Virus record (IMG/VR): IMGVR_UViG_3300027754_003435
DNA: 64,000 nucleotides
Reading direction: 5' to 3' (one strand)
Source: a virus
Shown: positions 47,843-58,272 of the stretch, one piece after another
How the letters are laid out: each line of letters begins with the position of its first letter
Position numbering within the stretch: the stretch's first letter is position 1
Position numbers and translations under genes: made by a program
Notes under the pieces: model-generated
Seen by the model: the letters and a program-made list of their open reading frames with translations, nothing else
Database searches by the model: none
What the model was told of the DNA's origin: nothing

Positions 47843-48424
47843 TTATACAGGAGAACTAAACTCATCCTCGTCATCTTCATCTTCATCTTCTATGAAGTAA
47901 TCAAACGGTTCATCACCATCATCATCATCCCATTCATCTTCACCATATACTATGTCTTCCATATCTTCGTCTGACTCCATTTCTGTGTCATCAACGTGTG
48001 GTAATGACATTTCGTCTTTTTCGTCTTCCATATCCTCTACTCCATTGTAGTATTTCATAAAACCGTGAACTGATGTTATATAATCTTCTGCTACTGTTAT
48101 TTTCGATTGTACCCAATCTTCAAGTTGTTCATGCTCATCTATCATGTGATAAAGTTTTTCAGCGTTTTCCATAATGGAAAGTAGTTGGGCTTTTAGCATT
48201 CTACCTTCACCCTCATCGTGATGAATTTCTTTTAGTAATTTACTTTCCGTAATTGCAATAATTTTATTTGCAACTTTACTTTTCTTTGGATTTGACTTAA
48301 CTAATTCAGCTACTTTTACTGCTTCAACCAAGTCATTAGATAATAATCTGACATTACGTTTATGTTTTTCTTCACGTAATACTTCTACTATTTCTTTTAC
48401 AACAAATTTCTTAATGCTATTCAT
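47843..48424 (-). CDS. Probable head internal/scaffold-like protein
   Basis: Several [LI]xE sites in the N-terminal half, EGRMLKAQL...LEDWVQSKIT.A.DY helix block, acidic tail. Confidence 0.5.
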   Translation of the reverse strand: MNSIKKFVVKEIVEVLREEKHKRNVRLLSNDLVEAVKVAELVKSNPKKSKVANKIIAITESKLLKEIHHDEGEGRMLKAQLLSIMENAEKLYHMIDEHEQLEDWVQSKITVAEDYITSVHGFMKYYNGVEDMEDEKDEMSLPHVDDTEMESDEDMEDIVYGEDEWDDDDGDEPFDYFIEDEDEDDEDEFSSPV

Positions 48425-48499
48425 TTAAGTCTCCAAAATACTTCTTATGTAGAAGTTACAAATATAAACAATTTATTTTTAAGAATCAAACATTTTTTT

Positions 48500-48853
48500 T
48501 TATTCTTCACCTATAATGTCATCCATACCACCCAACAAATAATCCAAATCATCATCTTGATATTCTGGTTCTTCAAAATCAGACTGGCTTATTCTCGTAT
48601 CTATATCTATAAACGAATCTAAGTTTGGATCTCTCTCTTTTGAAATATAAGATTTTTTATTCATAATAGGTTCTACTATAGCAACAAAATCTTCTTTCTC
48701 TTTATCATTAATCGGTTGATATAGTTTATTTTTTAATTTACTAGTATCTTTGGCAGTTACCATAGTTACTCTATGACCGAATACATCTTCGTGCATTAAA
48801 TCTAAAAGATAATTTGCATCGTTTATTTCTTTATATGGTAATTTCTTTTTCAT
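48500..48853 (-). CDS. Hypothetical acidic protein
   Basis: ORF track; ATATTTAT just upstream of MKKKLP. Confidence 0.6.
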   Translation of the reverse strand: MKKKLPYKEINDANYLLDLMHEDVFGHRVTMVTAKDTSKLKNKLYQPINDKEKEDFVAIVEPIMNKKSYISKERDPNLDSFIDIDTRISQSDFEEPEYQDDDLDYLLGGMDDIIGEE

Positions 48854-48864
48854 AGTTATAAATA

Positions 48865-49296
48865 TCAAAATATTTTAATTGCTTCTAAAATTTGTGGAGC
48901 AATAGGTTGTGGTAAATTATCTTTCGTGAACCAACCAAGGTCTTCATGTTCCCAATCTATTTTAACAAAAAATCTTTTTTTAACTTTATATAAAAATAAA
49001 AAGTATATTCTATTATCAGTATAATATCTATCTATTGCTATTAATTTACTGCTAGATGGAATTTCATGTGTTGTTTCTTCAAAAAATTCTCTACGAGCAC
49101 AATCCTCAATTGATTCAAAGTTATTAACATCAGATTCACCCGATGGTACTGACCAATAACCACCGAGATATTGTGCCTTAGAAGTTCTTTTTGTTAAAAG
49201 AAATTCACCGTCGGCAGTCATAACTAATACACCAGCAGCTCCTGGCTTTGTAACCTGAGATAATTCTTCTGGTGATATATTACTAATTGTGCTCAT
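48865..49296 (-). CDS. NUDIX hydrolase
   Basis: Nudix box G(ESD)...EDCARREFFEETTH and WEHEDLGWF. Confidence 0.9.
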   Translation of the reverse strand: MSTISNISPEELSQVTKPGAAGVLVMTADGEFLLTKRTSKAQYLGGYWSVPSGESDVNNFESIEDCARREFFEETTHEIPSSSKLIAIDRYYTDNRIYFLFLYKVKKRFFVKIDWEHEDLGWFTKDNLPQPIAPQILEAIKIF

Positions 49297-50296
49297 ATTC
49301 CACGTTCACTTTTATTTTAGATTTATAATTTTGTGGAAATCTACGCTCTATTCCAATAAATTCTGTGTCTTTATCTATTACAAGTGTAAGTTCTAACTGA
49401 GTTAAATTCATCATTATTTGAGTTGAAGTCCAAAGTTTATAATTGTGTCTACGTGGGTTTGCCCAACCAGGAACTTCATATTTTTTATTCAATGTAGGTA
49501 AAACTTCATTTGGAGAATGAACCTTTTTCATTAATCTATAAGTTATAAGCTGTCTCATAACCGATGACTTTCTATCTATTCCTTTTTGATAACCAGCTCT
49601 TGAATATACTTCACCGTGGTTTGTTCTAACTATTAGACGATTTTGTTTTAGCTTTTTTACTATCGGTGGTCTGTCTGATATATTTTCTATAAAGAATATA
49701 TTCTTTTTAGTACCGACTATTGTATGGCCATTTAGTGCAGTTGGTTTTCCACTTAAAGTTTTAGAACCATCGGAATAACCAGTGAACGTAACAACAGATT
49801 CTATAACATCTGCTACGTTATTGAATCCAAGTGCGTGCCTTATCTTAAATCCATCCTTAGATTGAACTTTAGTTTTAACTGCTTTCTTCTTATCCTTTTC
49901 ATCCGTCTCACCTTGAAGAGTTGCATTTATTATACCAATTCCATATTCATTCATACCCTCTGAATAATCGGTATCTAGATCTAACATGAAAACAACTTCA
50001 ACATTATTAATAAGTTCGTGAACTACTTTTATCGTTGGGTAATAATTTCTATCACGATTTTTTACTAACACTATATCGTTTTCTATTTTAGCCCCAACAA
50101 TCGTACATTCTTGCAAATTAGATTCTGGATATTTTCCGTTTTTAATTCGGTTGTATATCATAGTAAGTTCCACTTCTGACATATCGTCAAGGTGTTCTTT
50201 ACCAACTGTTTGTTTGCACCATATCATGAAGTTTTTATCTCCATCCCATTTGATGCCCATTTTATCTGCTATGTCATGTACGTTTTGTTGTGTCAT
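49283..50296 (-). CDS. Ntn-hydrolase (Cys nucleophile; C45/choloylglycine hydrolase-like) with 63-aa prodomain
   Basis: CTIVG...KNRDR, GMNEYGIGIIN and RTNH motifs; the nucleophile Cys is residue 64, preceded by LQE. Confidence 0.7.
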   Translation of the reverse strand: MTQQNVHDIADKMGIKWDGDKNFMIWCKQTVGKEHLDDMSEVELTMIYNRIKNGKYPESNLQECTIVGAKIENDIVLVKNRDRNYYPTIKVVHELINNVEVVFMLDLDTDYSEGMNEYGIGIINATLQGETDEKDKKKAVKTKVQSKDGFKIRHALGFNNVADVIESVVTFTGYSDGSKTLSGKPTALNGHTIVGTKKNIFFIENISDRPPIVKKLKQNRLIVRTNHGEVYSRAGYQKGIDRKSSVMRQLITYRLMKKVHSPNEVLPTLNKKYEVPGWANPRRHNYKLWTSTQIMMNLTQLELTLVIDKDTEFIGIERRFPQNYKSKIKVNVEYEHN

Positions 50297-50475
50297 TTAT
50301 TATACGGGAATAAATCATTTAATTTTTGTTTTCTTTTATTGCAACCACAATCTTCTTTACCAACCGCATGTGCTACTGTTTCAGCAACTTTATCTAAACC
50401 TAATGCGTTTGTAACTTTAGCAATAGTATCACCGAATCCTTTTGATTCTTTATTTCTAATTTCCTCATTCATCAT
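50293..50475 (-). CDS. Small CGC-motif phage protein
   Basis: SKGFGDTIAK...DCGCNKRKQKLN..FPY. Confidence 0.65.
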   Translation of the reverse strand: MMNEEIRNKESKGFGDTIAKVTNALGLDKVAETVAHAVGKEDCGCNKRKQKLNDLFPYNK

Positions 50476-50486
50476 AACACCTCTTT

Positions 50487-50843
50487 TTATTTTAATGTAA
50501 TTAAGTATTTAAGTTTATTAAATTCTGCTAACATTTCATCACGAATATTTAATAAGTCTGTATCCGTCTTTGGATTTAACATTGAAGATAAACCAATTAA
50601 AAGCTGAATAGTTTCTTCTATAAACGAATTTATATCTTTTGCGTTACTATTTACTATTTCAAATGGTATCGCAGGAACGCGTCCGTATTTACCCATGAGA
50701 ACCTCTACAAAAGTATCAATTAAATCATCCATTGCATCATATGTACCACCGTACGCTTGATGGCGCGCATATGATTTAGTTTGCCAGTGATAGAATCTGA
50801 TTTGTGTTTGAACTTGAACTAATTTACTTGCTATCTCATGCAT
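50487..50843 (-). CDS. Ferritin-like four-helix protein (DUF5856-like)
   Basis: HWQTKSYARHQAYG..Y......D...E...G and NIRDEML motifs. Confidence 0.7.
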   Translation of the reverse strand: MHEIASKLVQVQTQIRFYHWQTKSYARHQAYGGTYDAMDDLIDTFVEVLMGKYGRVPAIPFEIVNSNAKDINSFIEETIQLLIGLSSMLNPKTDTDLLNIRDEMLAEFNKLKYLITLK

Positions 50844-50923
50844 AAACGTCTCCTAATTGTTCTGTTTAATTTGTATATATAAATATAAATATAAATGTGA
50901 TTTATTATGTATTATTTATCTTT

Positions 50924-51724
50924 TTACAGATTTTTGTATTTTTCTAACATTTTTGAATTAGTAATTGGATTATGTTGAGCCGGTTGTTCCCATTTATAAT
51001 TAAAATACTCATGACAAATATGTTCTTCCATTTTAGATGTATCTATCTGTTCTACTGATTTGGCAGAGACAGAAACAAAATGATAAAAGTGTGCAGAGTA
51101 ATCTCTTGACATTTTCATCCCACTCAACTCACATTTCAAAAAGAAATCCCAATCTGCAACATATCCTGCCTGTGATGGATAACTTTCATCAAATCCACCA
51201 ACTTTTAAAAAATCTTTCTTTGAAATAAAAATTGGAAACGTTGAACCAGAATCATCCTTAACTGATTTTGAAATCATTTCAGAAAATTCCCAAAACTTTT
51301 CCAAATCAAAACTATCAGGAATTCTACCTAAATCATTTATTACAAACTGTCTGAACATACTTGGCGATGGTTCAATTTGATTTGGTGTAATTACGGAATT
51401 TTCTTCAAAAGATTTTTCTAATTTATCATCCCAATTCTTAGGAAAAACATTATCATCATTTGCTATTAGAATTTTATTATGTGTAGAATTATATACACCA
51501 AGATTTGTAGCACGGCAAGTACCAACATTTGTTTCTAAATTCAAAATGAGAATGTCATCACCGTGCTTTTCTAAAACATATTGATTAATATAGTATGTAC
51601 CATCAACAACTACGATTATCTGGTTCTTCTCGGATTGACCTTGTATTATGGAAGTTAAACATAAGTCCAAAGATCCAGGTGCTTTGTATGTAGGTATTAT
51701 TACCGAAATCATAAGTTGCCCCAA
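50924..51724 (-). CDS. Glycosyltransferase family 2
   Basis: SVIIPTY, VVDGT, NDD and GGFDE...DWDF motifs. Confidence 0.9.
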   Translation of the reverse strand: MGQLMISVIIPTYKAPGSLDLCLTSIIQGQSEKNQIIVVVDGTYYINQYVLEKHGDDILILNLETNVGTCRATNLGVYNSTHNKILIANDDNVFPKNWDDKLEKSFEENSVITPNQIEPSPSMFRQFVINDLGRIPDSFDLEKFWEFSEMISKSVKDDSGSTFPIFISKKDFLKVGGFDESYPSQAGYVADWDFFLKCELSGMKMSRDYSAHFYHFVSVSAKSVEQIDTSKMEEHICHEYFNYKWEQPAQHNPITNSKMLEKYKNL

Positions 51725-52407
51725 TCAGTAAGTGGTGATAACCAAGCAGTTTCACCGTGAGTTGAATAACCAGGAATTGAAGTCATTAATGATTTGCCGT
51801 TCTCTCTTAGTTCCATAAACATATCAAAGTCTCTTGGATAATTACCCATGTTTGTCCATTTACGAAGAACTACTTCATCTTCTTTTAGTGTACTAACTTT
51901 GGATGCAAATGTCATTGTAGTACTGTTTGTTAGTTTCCAATGACATGATTTTGACAAATAAACTTTTGTTACTTCACCACCATCATCTTCTATATATGGA
52001 TTACCACCACGACTTGCTGGAATATACTTATCTGGATGATCATATAAACTAACATAGTTACCACCCAAATTTATTCCTTCAACCAATATTTTTTCCGATT
52101 CTGATTTATGCGAATAGTCATTTTCTAAGAAGTAAATAATTTCACTATCATTCTGTTTCAATGCCCAATTCAATGCCAAATTAAAAGTTCCTGCACCATG
52201 GCCAACGGAAACATAATCAATTTGTTTATCTTCAATTTCACACTCTAAAATAATACGCTTTGTTTCTTCAGACACATTATCTGCAATTATATGGAAGTTT
52301 TCTTTGCCAAAAACTCTTACTGCATTCTTCAAACAATTCTCATTGTTAATGTATGGTGGTTTTACTTTGTTGTAACCGGCATCCGATATTCTATAGATAA
52401 TTTTCAT
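51709..52407 (-). CDS. GT-A fold glycosyltransferase
   Basis: IADN, YFLENDY and STHG motifs. Confidence 0.7.
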   Translation of the reverse strand: MKIIYRISDAGYNKVKPPYINNENCLKNAVRVFGKENFHIIADNVSEETKRIILECEIEDKQIDYVSVGHGAGTFNLALNWALKQNDSEIIYFLENDYSHKSESEKILVEGINLGGNYVSLYDHPDKYIPASRGGNPYIEDDGGEVTKVYLSKSCHWKLTNSTTMTFASKVSTLKEDEVVLRKWTNMGNYPRDFDMFMELRENGKSLMTSIPGYSTHGETAWLSPLTDWGNL

Positions 52408-52408
52408 A

Positions 52409-53350
52409 TTAAACTGATTTCATCCAATCAATAGTTTTGTGAACACCGTCTTTCAAAAAGAACGTAGAAGTATAACCTAATTCATTTACCGATAAAGTAA
52501 TATCTGGCGTTTTCGTTTTAGTTGTAAGAACTTCAGAACTTTTGTAAGTTATTAAATTCTTATCAGCACCAACATAGTCCCAAATTATATTTGCTAAATC
52601 TTCTATACTATGATATTCATTACTTCCAATATTATAAACTCTTCCATCGATAAAATTATCCGAGATGTTTGCTATTGCAGAAACTGCATCATCAATGTAT
52701 GTACTCGAACGATGGTGGCCAGTATAAACCGTTATTGGTAAGTTATTTAATGCATGATAACAAAACTTGCAATTAACAGAACGATACGGATGGTAAAATT
52801 CGCCTGGACCATATGTGTTAAATAATCTAACAATAACAGTTTGTGTACCTTCCATTATGCGTGAGTTTCTAATTTGCATTTCATTTGCCCATTTTGAAAT
52901 AGCATAATCATTCATTTGTTTTATTTCTATCGTATCCATTACATCTTCTGACATAACACCTTCATAGTCACCATACACTTCTGAACTAGAGAAATGTACC
53001 AACTTAAAACTATATTCTTCTTGTAAACGTATTATGTTTTTCAAACCGATTGCATTGGTTCTCCAAAGTTGTTCATAATAATCTTCACCATTCCATCTAC
53101 CAAATTCTGCTGCACAATTATATACCAAATCAAATGGACCAAAGTTTTCTATAACACGTTGTATTTGTCTATAATCTCCAATATCACATCTACAATAAGT
53201 TTGTTTCTCAGAACTCATTGATTGAACAAAACCCTGTTCGCCAGCAGAGTGTGGTAAATCAATTCCAAATACTTCATGTCCCTTATCTACAAGTTTATTT
53301 TTTAGTATAGAACCAACTGTACCTAAAACACCTGTTACTAAAATTCGCAT
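52409..53350 (-). CDS. NAD-dependent epimerase/dehydratase
   Basis: TGVLGTVG, SSSEVYG, YAISK and RLFNTYGP motifs. Confidence 0.93.
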   Translation of the reverse strand: MRILVTGVLGTVGSILKNKLVDKGHEVFGIDLPHSAGEQGFVQSMSSEKQTYCRCDIGDYRQIQRVIENFGPFDLVYNCAAEFGRWNGEDYYEQLWRTNAIGLKNIIRLQEEYSFKLVHFSSSEVYGDYEGVMSEDVMDTIEIKQMNDYAISKWANEMQIRNSRIMEGTQTVIVRLFNTYGPGEFYHPYRSVNCKFCYHALNNLPITVYTGHHRSSTYIDDAVSAIANISDNFIDGRVYNIGSNEYHSIEDLANIIWDYVGADKNLITYKSSEVLTTKTKTPDITLSVNELGYTSTFFLKDGVHKTIDWMKSV

Positions 53351-53365
53351 AACATAATCTCCATT

Positions 53366-53917
53366 TTACTTTTTAACAAAAATATAAGTTCCATTCCCCT
53401 CTGTATATTTTACAGTTTCATAATTTTCTGGTAGGTTAATTCTATGATAACCATCGACGTAGAAATTATAATTAGTATCGTGTATTATAACATACTGTAC
53501 GGGAAACTTATTTAATATATAATTCGCAATATCCCCTCTTACATGAAATCCACCGTCAACTAAAACAGTATTGAATTTGTATTTGGAAAACAATTCATCT
53601 ATCCGTGATAATAAACCGCTTGGTAATTCTGGTGGTATTATTCCTGTGTGTTCAGGTCCTGGATCAACGAAGTCGATGTCTTGCCACATTACAACTTCAC
53701 TACCCCAATTTGAATACGATTTGAATCGTTCTTCTGCTTGGTTATACCAATCAATTAATGTGTAATCGTTTTTATCAATAAGTTCATATGAATAAACATA
53801 TTTGAAATTATCCAATAAGTATTTAGTTCCATCGCCCAAACCAAATTCTAAAATTGATAGTTGATTTTTGTTTTTAATTGTTGGTTCAACAATATCTTGC
53901 CAATCTGTATACGCCAT
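53366..53917 (-). CDS. Putative methyltransferase
   Basis: LEFGLGDGT and VLVDG...HD motifs; the second ATG (MAYTDW) is used here because of the tandem duplication. Confidence 0.6.
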   Translation of the reverse strand: MAYTDWQDIVEPTIKNKNQLSILEFGLGDGTKYLLDNFKYVYSYELIDKNDYTLIDWYNQAEERFKSYSNWGSEVVMWQDIDFVDPGPEHTGIIPPELPSGLLSRIDELFSKYKFNTVLVDGGFHVRGDIANYILNKFPVQYVIIHDTNYNFYVDGYHRINLPENYETVKYTEGNGTYIFVKK

Positions 53918-53985
53918 ACTTAAACCCCTGCTTGTAATGCATCTATTATACGCCATACTTAAACTCCTGCTTTTAATGAATCTAT
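53908..53985. repeat. 39-bp tandem duplication of a gene junction
   Basis: TATACGCCATACTTAAAC(C/T)CCTGCTT(G/T)TAATG(C/A)ATCTAT twice; 3 mismatches. Confidence 0.9.
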
Positions 53986-54690
53986 TAAAACTCTATTTTT
54001 TGCTACTAACATTGACATATCCGTTCTACTATGCCAAAGGTCTTCGTGCCATTGATGAAATACTAACTGAGAATCTTCTATAAGAATTTCAACTCCGTTT
54101 CTTTCTAATGTTACAATGAATGCGTCATCATCTGACCACATTCCTTCTGCATATCTATTATCAAATCCACCAACACGTTTTAAATCCTCAGTAAAAAGTG
54201 CTGCACAGAAATTAAAAGGTTGTGGTCTATGTTGAGAATGACAATACCATTTTGATTCACTTAAATCAATTTGTTCTGGACTTGTTTTTCTATTTATTCT
54301 TTCGGATGAATCTCTTGATAAACTCAATGCACTCATAGCAATATACTGATTTTTCTTCAAATTATCAATAGTAAATTGAATAATATCTGTGCCATGTAGA
54401 CATTCTGCATTTTGAATTATAGTTCGCTTACCATGTATAAAATGAAAAGCTGTATTAAAACCAACAACTGGATTAACCCACCATTTATTTTTTGTATGTA
54501 TTGTTATTAACTTTATATCCAAATCAAAATCTTCAATATCTTTATATGATAATGGTTCTACACTAACATCATCAACTATAATAATTTCGGTTAACTCTTT
54601 TGCATTTGGTTGATCCTGAATACTTTGTAACGTATTTAACAATTGATTTTTTCTATTAACATGAGTCATACATATGCTTAGTTCTTTCAT
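53959..54690 (-). CDS. Glycosyltransferase family 2
   Basis: IIVDDVS, QNAE, GGFD and DD motifs. Confidence 0.85.
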   Translation of the reverse strand: MKELSICMTHVNRKNQLLNTLQSIQDQPNAKELTEIIIVDDVSVEPLSYKDIEDFDLDIKLITIHTKNKWWVNPVVGFNTAFHFIHGKRTIIQNAECLHGTDIIQFTIDNLKKNQYIAMSALSLSRDSSERINRKTSPEQIDLSESKWYCHSQHRPQPFNFCAALFTEDLKRVGGFDNRYAEGMWSDDDAFIVTLERNGVEILIEDSQLVFHQWHEDLWHSRTDMSMLVAKNRVLIDSLKAGV

Positions 54691-54699
54691 ATAATATCC

Positions 54700-55614
54700 T
54701 TATAAATTATTTACAATCTCATTGAAAACTTCATCATCAGTTAAAAATGGATTTAGAGTTACATGATTAGAATCGGGAAAGTAATACTTTGGTCCCAACT
54801 TTGGTTCTTTAATTTTTCTAATAACACCGTTTGCACCATAAAGTTGATGAACAAAATCACCTGTGATAATTGTTTTCGTACCAACTCCTGCTGCTATGTT
54901 ACACAAACCACCTTCAGTTCCAACAAATGCGTCACAGTTTTTTAGAATTGAAGCAGTATATATAATAGATTCCATATAATCGTCTTCTACAATTGCACTA
55001 TCATGCTGTGAAACTTGCATCGGAAAACCAACATAAATTATATTATATAACTCATTTAACTTATCTACAATATAATTTATATTTCTATGTTTACCACCGT
55101 AGCCTAAGTTAGGAACATCGATTCCTTTATCATATTCCTCTTGTGTAAACAAGTAACTTTTCTCTTCCCATGTTTTTAATACCGCTATTATTTTTTTATC
55201 GTTAACATTACGAAACTGAGTATCTAATGTTTCTTTTGCATATAGGTCATATGTACCATTAGTATAAAGTCTATATTCTGATTTCGGATTTTTAACTCCT
55301 GCAAACTTTTGATATTCTATTGTTGGTGTTTCTAAAAAAGATAAAGCGGGTAATGTTATAATCTTATCATATACCAAATCAATTGAACTTAAATCAGGCA
55401 AAGGTGTTGGAGTTCTCGATACAAATACATTATAAATATGTGGATTATTTTCCAACAAACTTTTCATTTGTGGAAATCCAATAAGATAATCAATTTGATC
55501 AAACTTATTTTCATATTTTAGACGCTCTGCAATAGAACTTGCAAAAGTAATATCCCCAAAGAATCCGTGTGTAACTACAAGACACTTAGTATTTTTCATA
55601 AGATTTTTCCTCAA
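54700..55614 (-). CDS. GT-B fold, GT9-like glycosyltransferase
   Basis: GFFGDITFA, NNPHI and CDAFVGTEGGLCNIAAGVGT motifs. Confidence 0.7.
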   Translation of the reverse strand: MRKNLMKNTKCLVVTHGFFGDITFASSIAERLKYENKFDQIDYLIGFPQMKSLLENNPHIYNVFVSRTPTPLPDLSSIDLVYDKIITLPALSFLETPTIEYQKFAGVKNPKSEYRLYTNGTYDLYAKETLDTQFRNVNDKKIIAVLKTWEEKSYLFTQEEYDKGIDVPNLGYGGKHRNINYIVDKLNELYNIIYVGFPMQVSQHDSAIVEDDYMESIIYTASILKNCDAFVGTEGGLCNIAAGVGTKTIITGDFVHQLYGANGVIRKIKEPKLGPKYYFPDSNHVTLNPFLTDDEVFNEIVNNL

Positions 55615-55966
55615 CCAATTTCGATAAAGTTATTATATTTATTTTATTTTTAAGTATAAATCTAGTATCATTAGTAATATAAACACTTCTTGCAAGTTCG
55701 ATGAATTCCGAATCAAATTCTTTTTCTTTTTCTTTAATACGAATTTTATCTTCTATGTCCCATAGTGATTCATTTACAGAAATCAATTCATTAAAAATTA
55801 CAGAAAGTCTCAAATCCGATTGTATTATTTCTTCACAGTTTTTTGAGATAGTGTCTATTTCATTTTTGATATTAATTAATTTGAATTCATCTTTTATCTT
55901 TTCTAACTTTATTTTTAGTATAGAAAATTTATCAAGTAATTCTCCATTTGAAACTTCTATTTTCAT
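55586..55966 (-). CDS. Conserved helical protein of phage glyco-islands (DUF6165-like)
   Basis: VSNGELLDK.SIL.IK...N..LW..ED..R...F..LAR.VY..ND.R...K..IN......EEK.Y. Confidence 0.7.
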   Translation of the reverse strand: MKIEVSNGELLDKFSILKIKLEKIKDEFKLINIKNEIDTISKNCEEIIQSDLRLSVIFNELISVNESLWDIEDKIRIKEKEKEFDSEFIELARSVYITNDTRFILKNKINIITLSKLVEEKSYEKY

Positions 55967-55967
55967 A

Positions 55968-56576
55968 TCACATCATCTTTTTGTTTATGAATAATATATC
56001 TTGTTGATGTGATCCGTGATTCCTTGATTCATCTAAAACTGCAACGGGAATAAAACCAAAGTTATCCATGAATTGAATCACTTCATCGTACAATGGAGCA
56101 CCTTCGTTATATTGTGTGAGTGATACTTCCAACAATATTCCGTTTGCCTTAGAACATAATTTACTACCGCCAGAAATAATATCAAGTTCAGATCCCTGTG
56201 TGTCTATCTTTATCAAATCAAATTCAGTATCATCTGTAAATAATTCATCCAACAAGACACCAGATTTCTCTATTACTTCTAATTGATCATCAGAATAAAA
56301 TTGAGTCAGTTCCCTATAAACAGAATTACCAGTGCAAGTTGGATCGTTTTTTCGTGTGTAAAAATTGTATGTATTTTTATCTTTTGCCAATAGTGTTATA
56401 AGATAATCATCGGTCAACTGTTTCAATGATTCTTCACATTGTGGTGACGCTTCTATACTGAAAACATAACTATATGAATATAGTTTCTTAAACATGGAAT
56501 GGAATTGACCTATGTTTGCACCTATATCCAAAACTCTATACGGTACAAAATAATTACTAATTAGATTTAACTTCAT
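55968..56576 (-). CDS. FkbM-family methyltransferase
   Basis: VLDIGANIG, IEA and IKIDTQGSELDI motifs. Confidence 0.9.
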   Translation of the reverse strand: MKLNLISNYFVPYRVLDIGANIGQFHSMFKKLYSYSYVFSIEASPQCEESLKQLTDDYLITLLAKDKNTYNFYTRKNDPTCTGNSVYRELTQFYSDDQLEVIEKSGVLLDELFTDDTEFDLIKIDTQGSELDIISGGSKLCSKANGILLEVSLTQYNEGAPLYDEVIQFMDNFGFIPVAVLDESRNHGSHQQDILFINKKMM

Positions 56577-56578
56577 TC

Positions 56579-57544
56579 CTATAACTCCAATATATCAATG
56601 ATTTTATAAGTAATATTTGGACCAGAGGCATTTCTTATATACCAACTTCTAGCATTATCTCTTATATAATCTAAAAATTCATCATTATCTATAACTTCAT
56701 TGTACCTTTCAATTATTTTATCAGCTAAAACATCTTGAGTTTGATATTTAAAAGTACTATCAAATTCACAGTCAACCGAAATATAATGTACGTTTGGTAG
56801 TAAAGGGTCATCGGATTCAACTGCATACCTTGGTCTTATAGTTGGAATCCCTAAGCCATACATTTCTATATCCCTAAAACAGAAATCACCACATGACCAA
56901 CCACCACCACCACCAAAACATAATGCTAATTTAAAATCCATAGCTTCTGATATATAGCTTTCAAAGTTAATTGGGAGGTTTCCAAAATAAAAATCATTCA
57001 TTTTTTTATTCAATAAATCTATTGATAATCTGGTATTTCTATAATTCTGATTTTCCATCTCTTTATATACACTACCCCTCCAATATAATCTTTTATCTAA
57101 TTTGGTTGATTTTCTATACGATTGTATTTGTTCCCAATTTTCTATTCCAAGATTCCAACACGATTCTGGATAAACACTTGGTTTTATTTTTTTTCTAACT
57201 TCTTCATTTTTTATTAAAAAGTCCCAAAGCACTTTATTGTACTGGCCGATTGCTGCACCAACAAAGTTTTCTGATTCAGCTAGTTTTATTGTAGTTGTTG
57301 GTGCATCACCAAAATCAAATGTTTTGAATTTTTTAGTATCATCAAATTCAAATATCAAAATAGAACCTTGATTTATTAAAACCTCACATCCATTTTTATA
57401 TACAAATTTATCGTCACCATTCAAATCAAACCATTTTACATCATAGTTTTTACTAAGTTCTTCTAATAAATGGGCAGTATTTTGGGCATCAAATCTATGA
57501 TTTGCAATGCCTCTATGAAACGAATATAGATTTAGTTTTTTCAT
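56579..57544 (-). CDS. Putative GT-B glycosyltransferase (exostosin/GT90-like)
   Basis: YWRGS, ALCFGGGGG..C..RDIE..G.G.P motifs; island context. Confidence 0.55.
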   Translation of the reverse strand: MKKLNLYSFHRGIANHRFDAQNTAHLLEELSKNYDVKWFDLNGDDKFVYKNGCEVLINQGSILIFEFDDTKKFKTFDFGDAPTTTIKLAESENFVGAAIGQYNKVLWDFLIKNEEVRKKIKPSVYPESCWNLGIENWEQIQSYRKSTKLDKRLYWRGSVYKEMENQNYRNTRLSIDLLNKKMNDFYFGNLPINFESYISEAMDFKLALCFGGGGGWSCGDFCFRDIEMYGLGIPTIRPRYAVESDDPLLPNVHYISVDCEFDSTFKYQTQDVLADKIIERYNEVIDNDEFLDYIRDNARSWYIRNASGPNITYKIIDILEL

Positions 57545-58272
57545 ATATTAACTTTATAGTTTGTGCTTTTTATCCATCTTACATTTTTAATACCAGTTTC
57601 AAATTCCTCCACATCTGCTGTAAGGTTTTTGTAACCAACTTGTCTATCTACAAACGCTCTTTCGTAAAAGTATTTTTTACCTTCCAAAAAGTCCTTTTGC
57701 CCATCTTCATTTTTCTTACTCATATCTCCATTATCCTCATGATAAAGACAATAGAAAGTTCCAACATCATTTCGTTTAACAGAAATGTCTGCCCACACAA
57801 ATCGTTCACGTAAATCTTCATCTTCATTACCCCAACCTTTATACAATGGATTGAACCCATTTATTGCTTCAAAGTGTTCTCTCTTCATACAAATCACTCC
57901 ACCATAAAACCTTGGATCTATTTCTTCATGCCAGTTTCTATATCCACCTGGTATGTCTAAGTAATCACGGGTTGTGGAGTTATCTTTATCTAAAAATATT
58001 CCTCTTTTAGCAGGAAGTACTGGACAATCCATTACATCGTATGAAACATCTTCCGATGGCACATAATCGACTTGATGAAAAACTACTATATCACCTTTCG
58101 CATAATTGTATGCTATATTTTGCACACAAGATATTTGGAAGTTATCATTGTTATTTTGTTCTGATACAATGATTTCATAAGATTCATTCTTAAAAAAATC
58201 TTGAAGTGTAGGTAATAGTATTTCTAAATGTTCTTCTCTATTCCGATACGGTATTATTATTGAGTATTTCAT
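57541..58272 (-). CDS. GT7-like galactosyltransferase
   Basis: IIIPYRNR..HL, GG and INGFN..YKGWGNEDEDL motifs. Confidence 0.88.
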   Translation of the reverse strand: MKYSIIIPYRNREEHLEILLPTLQDFFKNESYEIIVSEQNNNDNFQISCVQNIAYNYAKGDIVVFHQVDYVPSEDVSYDVMDCPVLPAKRGIFLDKDNSTTRDYLDIPGGYRNWHEEIDPRFYGGVICMKREHFEAINGFNPLYKGWGNEDEDLRERFVWADISVKRNDVGTFYCLYHEDNGDMSKKNEDGQKDFLEGKKYFYERAFVDRQVGYKNLTADVEEFETGIKNVRWIKSTNYKVNI

